Shown here: one piece after another, positions 58,744 to 64,000 of the stretch
Layout: each line of letters begins with the position of its first letter
Numbering within the stretch: the first letter of the stretch is position 1
DNA from: an uncultured Gammaproteobacteria bacterium
Lineage (GTDB): Bacteria; Patescibacteriota; Patescibacteriia; VMEV01; CAYQCH01
Assembly (NCBI GenBank): GCA_964352335.1
Contig: CAYGRO010000004.1
Coordinates: 42,970-106,969 of the forward strand
Direction: 5' to 3'
DNA: 64,000 bases
Program-made: the position numbers and the translations under genes
Notes under the pieces: generated by a model
The model's input: the letters and a program-made list of their open reading frames with translations, nothing else
What the model was told of the DNA's origin: nothing
Databases searched by the model: none

Positions 58744-60552
58744 ATGACACCATCTTCTCCTAATGCTTTTACAAAAACAGCTCCAACTTCTGTTGGGGTA
58801 GATGCGAAAAGAAAAGAAATTCCTTTAAGCCAAACAGCAAAAGTGGTTGCAGAGAAACGGTATTTAACGAGAGATGAAAATGGAAATGTAAATGAAACCG
58901 TTTACGATATGTTTAAACGTGTTGCCGATAATATCGCTTCTGGTGATAAATTTTACGGAGCAACCGATGAACAAGTAGCACAAGTTTCGGAAGACTTTTT
59001 AGAAATGATGGTTGACCTCGAATTTTTAGCGGGGATGACTTTAAGAAATGCTGGTCGAGAATTACAACAATTGTCGGCTTGTTATGTTTTACCCATGGAA
59101 GATTCCATGGACTCTATTTATACAACCTTAAAAAATGCAGCCAAGTTGCATAAAACAGGTGCAGGAATTGGATACGACTTTTCTAAACTTCGGCCAAAAA
59201 ATGCAGAAGTAAAAACAACTGGAGGAAAATCTTGTGGTCCAGTTGGTTTCATGAAGCTCATTGAATTCTCTTGTGACACAATCGTCAATTCTGCTGCCAC
59301 TCGTCGGGCGGGGAATATGGGGATTTTACGTATTGATCATCCAGATATTGATGAATTTTTATCTGCGAAAGAAGATAATTCTCAATTAAATAATTTTAAT
59401 ATCTCTGTAAACGGTACCGATGTTTTTATGGAAGCCGTTAAAAATGGAACAACCTACGATATTACAGATCCACATACAGGAAAAATAGTAGAACAAAGAG
59501 ATGCACGACAAATGTTTGACCGCATTATCGAAAAAGCATGGCGTTCTGCGGAACCAGGGATGATCTTTTTTGATGAAGTAAACCGATATAATCCAACACC
59601 ACAATTGGGGCCAATGTCTGCAACGAATCAATGTGGGGAACAACCATTATTCCCATATGAAGCTTGTAATTTAGGTTCTATCGTTTTAAATCGCATGGTG
59701 CAAAAAACACCAAATGGTTTAACAGAAATCGATTGGGAAAAATTAGAAGACCGAGTACGCAAAGCCGTTCACTTTTTAGATAATACAATCGACCTTAATA
59801 ACTACCCATTAGAAGAATTACGCAAAATGAATCATGCGAACCGGCGAATTGGTCTTGGTGTCATGGGGTTTGCAGATTTATTAATCGAATTAGGGATTCC
59901 TTATAATTCAGAAGAAGGGGTAAAGACGGCAGAAGTTGTCATGAAGTTTATCCAAGAAAAATCTCATGATGAAAGCCGACGGTTAGCAAAAGAACGAGGA
60001 AGTTTTCCTAACTTCAAAGGTTCTCGATGGGAACGATTAGGGTATACAGAAATGCGAAATGCCACTGTAACAACGATTGCTCCAACAGGGACAACAAGTA
60101 TTTTTGCAGGATGTTCATCTGGAATTGAACCAATTTTCTCTTTGGTCTATGTTCGAAAAAATATTTTAGACCAAGATAAAGATTCGTTTATGGAAGTTCA
60201 TCCGCTCTTTGAAGAAAAGCTCAAAGAAAAGTGGCTCTACAATAAAGATATTCTAGAACAAGCAGCTCAACTAGGTTCATTAGAAAAGGTAAACGGAATT
60301 CCAGAAGACTTAAAACATGTTTTTGTCACCTCACATGATATTGCTCCAGAATGGCATGTCAAAATTCAAGCGGCTTTTCAGAAACATACAGATAATGCCG
60401 TTTCGAAAACAGTAAATATGCCACATGAATCGACCAAAGAAGATGTTGCTAATGTGTATATGATGGCTTATGAGACTGGATGTAAGGGAGTAACGATTTA
60501 CCGAGATGGAAGTCGGGATAAACAGGTACTTAACTTAGTTAAAAAGAAATAA
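58744..60552 (+). CDS. nrdJ: Class II (adenosylcobalamin-type, NrdJ-like) ribonucleotide reductase, module 1
   Basis: The thiyl-radical loop TNQCGEQPL, the active-site Cys pairs SACYVLP and EACNLGS, and the CSSGIEP motif. 602 aa. Confidence 0.8.
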   Translation: MTPSSPNAFTKTAPTSVGVDAKRKEIPLSQTAKVVAEKRYLTRDENGNVNETVYDMFKRVADNIASGDKFYGATDEQVAQVSEDFLEMMVDLEFLAGMTLRNAGRELQQLSACYVLPMEDSMDSIYTTLKNAAKLHKTGAGIGYDFSKLRPKNAEVKTTGGKSCGPVGFMKLIEFSCDTIVNSAATRRAGNMGILRIDHPDIDEFLSAKEDNSQLNNFNISVNGTDVFMEAVKNGTTYDITDPHTGKIVEQRDARQMFDRIIEKAWRSAEPGMIFFDEVNRYNPTPQLGPMSATNQCGEQPLFPYEACNLGSIVLNRMVQKTPNGLTEIDWEKLEDRVRKAVHFLDNTIDLNNYPLEELRKMNHANRRIGLGVMGFADLLIELGIPYNSEEGVKTAEVVMKFIQEKSHDESRRLAKERGSFPNFKGSRWERLGYTEMRNATVTTIAPTGTTSIFAGCSSGIEPIFSLVYVRKNILDQDKDSFMEVHPLFEEKLKEKWLYNKDILEQAAQLGSLEKVNGIPEDLKHVFVTSHDIAPEWHVKIQAAFQKHTDNAVSKTVNMPHESTKEDVANVYMMAYETGCKGVTIYRDGSRDKQVLNLVKKK

Positions 60553-60665
60553 TTTGTTCTCAACATAATTTATCGAATCTACGAATTAAAACCAATCTAC
60601 AAATAAATCAATTCGTAATCCGTAGATTTGTCCTAATTCGTAGATTCGATACCTAACCACTTCAA
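60553..60665. repeat. MITE-like palindromic repeat, copy D
   Basis: atcgaatctacgaatt...aatctacaaat...cgtagatttg...cgtagattcgat. Confidence 0.55.
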
Positions 60666-60729
60666 ATAAATAAATTAACATGCTTGTCTTCACCTCGCTT
60701 TCGGGCAAGGTGAGCGTGATCCCACTATT

Positions 60730-63700
60730 ATGACCGCAAAACAAATAATGGCGAAAGTCAAACCAAATCTAGCAGAACAATCTCTGGCCGTTGCTCAAAA
60801 ACGGTATATGAAAACAGATGAACAAGGGAATCCTACAGAAACCCCAGAAGAAATGTTCTACCGAGTTGCCGAATTTTTAGCTTCTGGTGATAAAAAGATT
60901 AATCCAAATGCAGATACAACGGCTTTGGCTGAATCTTTTTACCAAATGATGGCTAAGTTAGAATTTGTTCCTGGTGGACGAGCTTTTTTTGAAGCTGGTA
61001 ATGACCATACGGGTCAAATGGCTTCTTGTTTTGTCCTTCCTATTGAAGACACAATGGAAGGTATTTTTCAAACATTAAAAGATGCGGCGATTACTCAACA
61101 AAATAATGGTGGAACTGGTTTTAATTTTTCTAAAGTTCGACCAAAAGGAGATACAGTAAATGGAGTGCCTGGAGTTGCGGCTGGGCCATTACATTATATT
61201 CGAAGTTTCGACCAAGCATTTAGTAAGGTTTTGCAAGGTGGGAAACGTCATGGTGGGAATATGGGAGTCTTAAATGTAGACCATCCTGATATTGAAGAAT
61301 TTATTCGATTAAAAGATTCTGGTTCTGATATTAAAAACTTTAATATTTCTGTTGGGGTGACAAATGCATTCATGGAAGCTGTTCGTATGGATACGAGTTG
61401 GGATTTGATTAATCCTTCTACAAAAGAAGTCACAAAAACAGTTCAAGCTAAAGAAATTTTTGACGCTATTATTGAACGTGCGCATAAATGCGCTGACCCT
61501 GGGTTATTATTTATTGACCATGTAGCAGACGGAAACAATAATGCGCATCTTTACGATATGGTGGCAACAAACCCTTGTGGGGAACAACCACTTGGTCCGT
61601 ATGAAAGTTGTAATTTAGGTTCATTAATTTTGTCTAATCATGTTACACCTGCTGGGCAAGTAGATTGGCAAAAATTACAAAGAACATCAAAATTAGCGAC
61701 TCGGTTCATGGATAATATGATCGAGTTAAATAAATATCCTATTCCGGCGATTGACTACATGGTTCGCCAAACCCGAAAAATTGGAATTGGTGTAATGGGA
61801 TTTGCCCAAATGCTTTATAAACTTAATATTCCTTATTCTTCTCAAGAAGCAGTCGATTTGATCGAAAAAATCATGAAGACGATTCATACTTCTATTGAAG
61901 AAGAAAGCATGGTTTTGGCAGAAGAAAGAGGAGTATACCCAGCGTGGAAAGGTTCTCGATGGGAAGAAAAAGGAATCAAAATTCGAAATTCTCATTTAAC
62001 TTCTATTGCTCCAACAGGAACAATTTCAATGCTTGCAAATACATCATCTGGAATTGAGCCTTACTTTAACTTGGTAACAATTCGAAAATCATTTTATAAC
62101 CAAGGAGGAAGCGACAATAATACAGCCAATGCAGAAACATTAAGAATCGTAGCTGATGACTTTGAACGTGTGGCCAAAGAACGAGGGTTTTATTCTGATG
62201 AATTAATGGATCGTATTGCTGAAGAAGGAAGTGTTCAAGGATTTGCAGAAATCCCTCAAGATGTAAAAGATATTTTTGTTACAAGTAGAGATGTTGCTCC
62301 ACAATGGCATGTGAAAATTCAAGCAGCTGCACAAAAATGGACAGATGCTGCCGTTTCAAAAACAGTAAACTTGCCAAATGACGCAACAATTGAAGATGTG
62401 CGCCAAACGTATATTCTTGCTTATGAAACAAAATGTAAGGGAGTAACTATTTACCGTGATGGATCTAAATCTGACCAAGTATTGTCACTTAAAAAGAAGG
62501 CTGAAGACAAAGCGCCTGCAACTGCAGAGATCAAAGTTCCTGTGGTACAAACAGCTCCAATATCTCAACCTGTTGCACATCCTGTGTCTACAAGTACTTC
62601 TGTAAATAAACCGCTTATTACTGGTGACGTAAATCCAGAAGCGATTATTACCAAAAATGCACAAACTGTTTTACAAAAACGTGCACTCAAAAAAGATGAC
62701 CAAGGAACTGTGGTAGAAAATCCAGAAGATTTATTCCACCGTGTAGCACGGTTTATGGCTAGTCCAGAAAAACAATATGATGTGCCAGAACAACGAATAG
62801 CAGAAATTCAAGATAAATTTTACGGAATGCTTTCTCGGCTCGAATTTATTGCTGGTCAACCATTGAGAAATTCAGAAACAAATTTAACCATGTCTGCTTG
62901 TTTGGTATTGCCTATTGAAGACAATATCGAAGGGATTATGCAAACGATTTCTGAAAATGTTTTTGCGCATAAATCTACTTGTGGAACGGGTATTAACTAT
63001 TCTCGTATCCGAATGAAAGGGTCTGGTGTAGGAGAAGTTGGTCCTATTGCTGCTGGTCCTGTGCATTTTATGAAAGCGGTTTCGGTTGCACAAAAAACCA
63101 TTCAAACCAAAGGTGGTCGTTCTCAAGGAAGTATGGGGATTTTAAATGTGGACCACCCAGATATCGACGCCTTTATTAAAGCGAAAGATATTGAAGGAGA
63201 ATTCGATAATATGAATATCTCGGTTGGAGCAACCGATAAATTCATGGAAGCTCTACGAAATGACGCAGAATATGACATGTACGACCCAGGAGAAAAGAAA
63301 GTGGTTAGCAAAATGCGAGCCAAAGATATGTTCGATAAAATTGCTGAACATGCATGGGTAAGTGGAGATCCAGGGTTAATTTTTGTGGACCGATTAGAAA
63401 GAGATAATCCAACACCAAGTTTAGGGATTTTAGATGCAACTAACCCATGTGGAGAACAACCATTATTACCGTATGAAACATGTAATTTAGGTTCTATTGT
63501 TTTATCTCGCATGGTTAAACCAGATGCACAAGGAAATCCGGTAATTGACTGGGATAAATATGCAGAAACAATTTATTATTCTGTACGTTTCTTAGACAAT
63601 AGTATTGATGTAAACAATTTCCCGTTAGCAAAAGTAGAACAAATGTCTAAAGGAACTCGACGTATTGGTCTAGGAGCTATGGGGTTTGCAGATTTACTTA

Positions 63701-64000
63701 TTAAATTAGGTATTCCTTATAATTCAAATGAAGCGGTAGAACTGGCAGAAGAAATGATGAAATTCTTAAATGACCATGCACATAAAGCAACTGAAGAAAT
63801 CGGTGCAGAAAAAGGGTCTTTCCCATACTTTGATATTTCTGTTTGGCCTGAACGCGGTGTTAAGGCACGAAGAAATTCTGCGGTAACAACTATTGCGCCA
63901 ACTGGGTATACAAGTATCGTTGCTAATTGTTCTTCTGGAATCGAACCTATTTACGCTTTGGCTTTCCGTCGAGAAAACTCTATGGGAGGAACAGATCAAT
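60730..64000 (+). CDS. nrdJ: Fused tandem class II ribonucleotide reductase (modules 2 and 3 in one ORF), 3'-truncated by the window edge
   Basis: Frame 1 is open from the ATG at 60730 to the window end. Module 2 carries ASCFVLP, TNPCGEQPL and ESCNLGS. A roughly 50-aa P/V/A/T-rich linker follows at about 62490-62650. Module 3 carries SACLVLP, TNPCGEQPL and ETCNLGS. Confidence 0.75.
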   Translation, partial: MTAKQIMAKVKPNLAEQSLAVAQKRYMKTDEQGNPTETPEEMFYRVAEFLASGDKKINPNADTTALAESFYQMMAKLEFVPGGRAFFEAGNDHTGQMASCFVLPIEDTMEGIFQTLKDAAITQQNNGGTGFNFSKVRPKGDTVNGVPGVAAGPLHYIRSFDQAFSKVLQGGKRHGGNMGVLNVDHPDIEEFIRLKDSGSDIKNFNISVGVTNAFMEAVRMDTSWDLINPSTKEVTKTVQAKEIFDAIIERAHKCADPGLLFIDHVADGNNNAHLYDMVATNPCGEQPLGPYESCNLGSLILSNHVTPAGQVDWQKLQRTSKLATRFMDNMIELNKYPIPAIDYMVRQTRKIGIGVMGFAQMLYKLNIPYSSQEAVDLIEKIMKTIHTSIEEESMVLAEERGVYPAWKGSRWEEKGIKIRNSHLTSIAPTGTISMLANTSSGIEPYFNLVTIRKSFYNQGGSDNNTANAETLRIVADDFERVAKERGFYSDELMDRIAEEGSVQGFAEIPQDVKDIFVTSRDVAPQWHVKIQAAAQKWTDAAVSKTVNLPNDATIEDVRQTYILAYETKCKGVTIYRDGSKSDQVLSLKKKAEDKAPATAEIKVPVVQTAPISQPVAHPVSTSTSVNKPLITGDVNPEAIITKNAQTVLQKRALKKDDQGTVVENPEDLFHRVARFMASPEKQYDVPEQRIAEIQDKFYGMLSRLEFIAGQPLRNSETNLTMSACLVLPIEDNIEGIMQTISENVFAHKSTCGTGINYSRIRMKGSGVGEVGPIAAGPVHFMKAVSVAQKTIQTKGGRSQGSMGILNVDHPDIDAFIKAKDIEGEFDNMNISVGATDKFMEALRNDAEYDMYDPGEKKVVSKMRAKDMFDKIAEHAWVSGDPGLIFVDRLERDNPTPSLGILDATNPCGEQPLLPYETCNLGSIVLSRMVKPDAQGNPVIDWDKYAETIYYSVRFLDNSIDVNNFPLAKVEQMSKGTRRIGLGAMGFADLLIKLGIPYNSNEAVELAEEMMKFLNDHAHKATEEIGAEKGSFPYFDISVWPERGVKARRNSAVTTIAPTGYTSIVANCSSGIEPIYALAFRRENSMGGTDQ

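Noticed and set aside
1-64000. Prophage, integron or transposon with a recognisable integrase, transposase or recombinase
   Set aside because: No ORF in the window has integrase, transposase or resolvase motifs. The mobile-looking features (MITEs, GC islands, the 19-bp direct repeat) are all non-autonomous.

Overview
This is a low-GC (roughly 35-40% GC) bacterial chromosomal segment with a compact genome style: genes are tightly packed, most native genes lack a Shine-Dalgarno sequence, and several ribosomal proteins carry lysine-rich extensions. The ribosomal protein locus runs S12-S7-EF-G-(acidic ORF)-EF-Tu-S10-L3-L4-L23-L2-S19-L22-S3-L16-L29-S17-L14-L24-L5-S14(Zn)-S8-L6-L18-S5-L15-SecY-Adk-Map. 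It has no L30 gene between S5 and L15, and the locus stops at map with no infA, rpmJ, rpsM, rpsK, rpsD, rpoA or rplQ after it. The missing L30 and the Lys-rich extensions are compatible with a Candidate Phyla Radiation (Patescibacteria-like) organism, though not exclusively; this is inference, not a database result.

Other recognisable genes:
- Informational: a 5'-truncated Res-like restriction helicase/nuclease, recQ, ruvX (yqgF), recO, a UvrD/PcrA-family helicase, ung, queA and a Dus-family dihydrouridine synthase.
- Translation: cysS, prfA with prmC, L31 and L28.
- Metabolism: msrA, a class I fructose-1,6-bisphosphatase overlapping a class I aldolase, corA, uppS, a type II NADH dehydrogenase, an ECF sigma factor with a membrane anti-sigma candidate, a tandem LOG-domain protein, and several methyltransferases.
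- Redox cluster: Fur-family regulator, cysteine desulfurase, a tandem thioredoxin-like [2Fe-2S] ferredoxin, a tandem desulforedoxin and a peroxiredoxin.

The most unusual content is at 58.7-64.0 kb. Three paralogous class II (NrdJ-type, NPCGEQ motif) ribonucleotide reductase modules lie in tandem. The second and third are fused into one open frame that runs off the window end.

Other noteworthy structure:
- A genome-wide style of intergenic spacers built as a short k-mer iterated 3-4 times followed by its reverse complement. They fall into at least three sequence sub-families.
- A MITE-like palindromic repeat family with four copies.
- GC-rich CCTCC..GGAGG palindromes.
- Six small high-GC islands carrying SD-bearing hypothetical ORFs inside the SD-less AT-rich backbone. 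One is flanked by a 19-bp direct repeat.

No rRNA, tRNA, CRISPR array, transposase or integrase was recognised.
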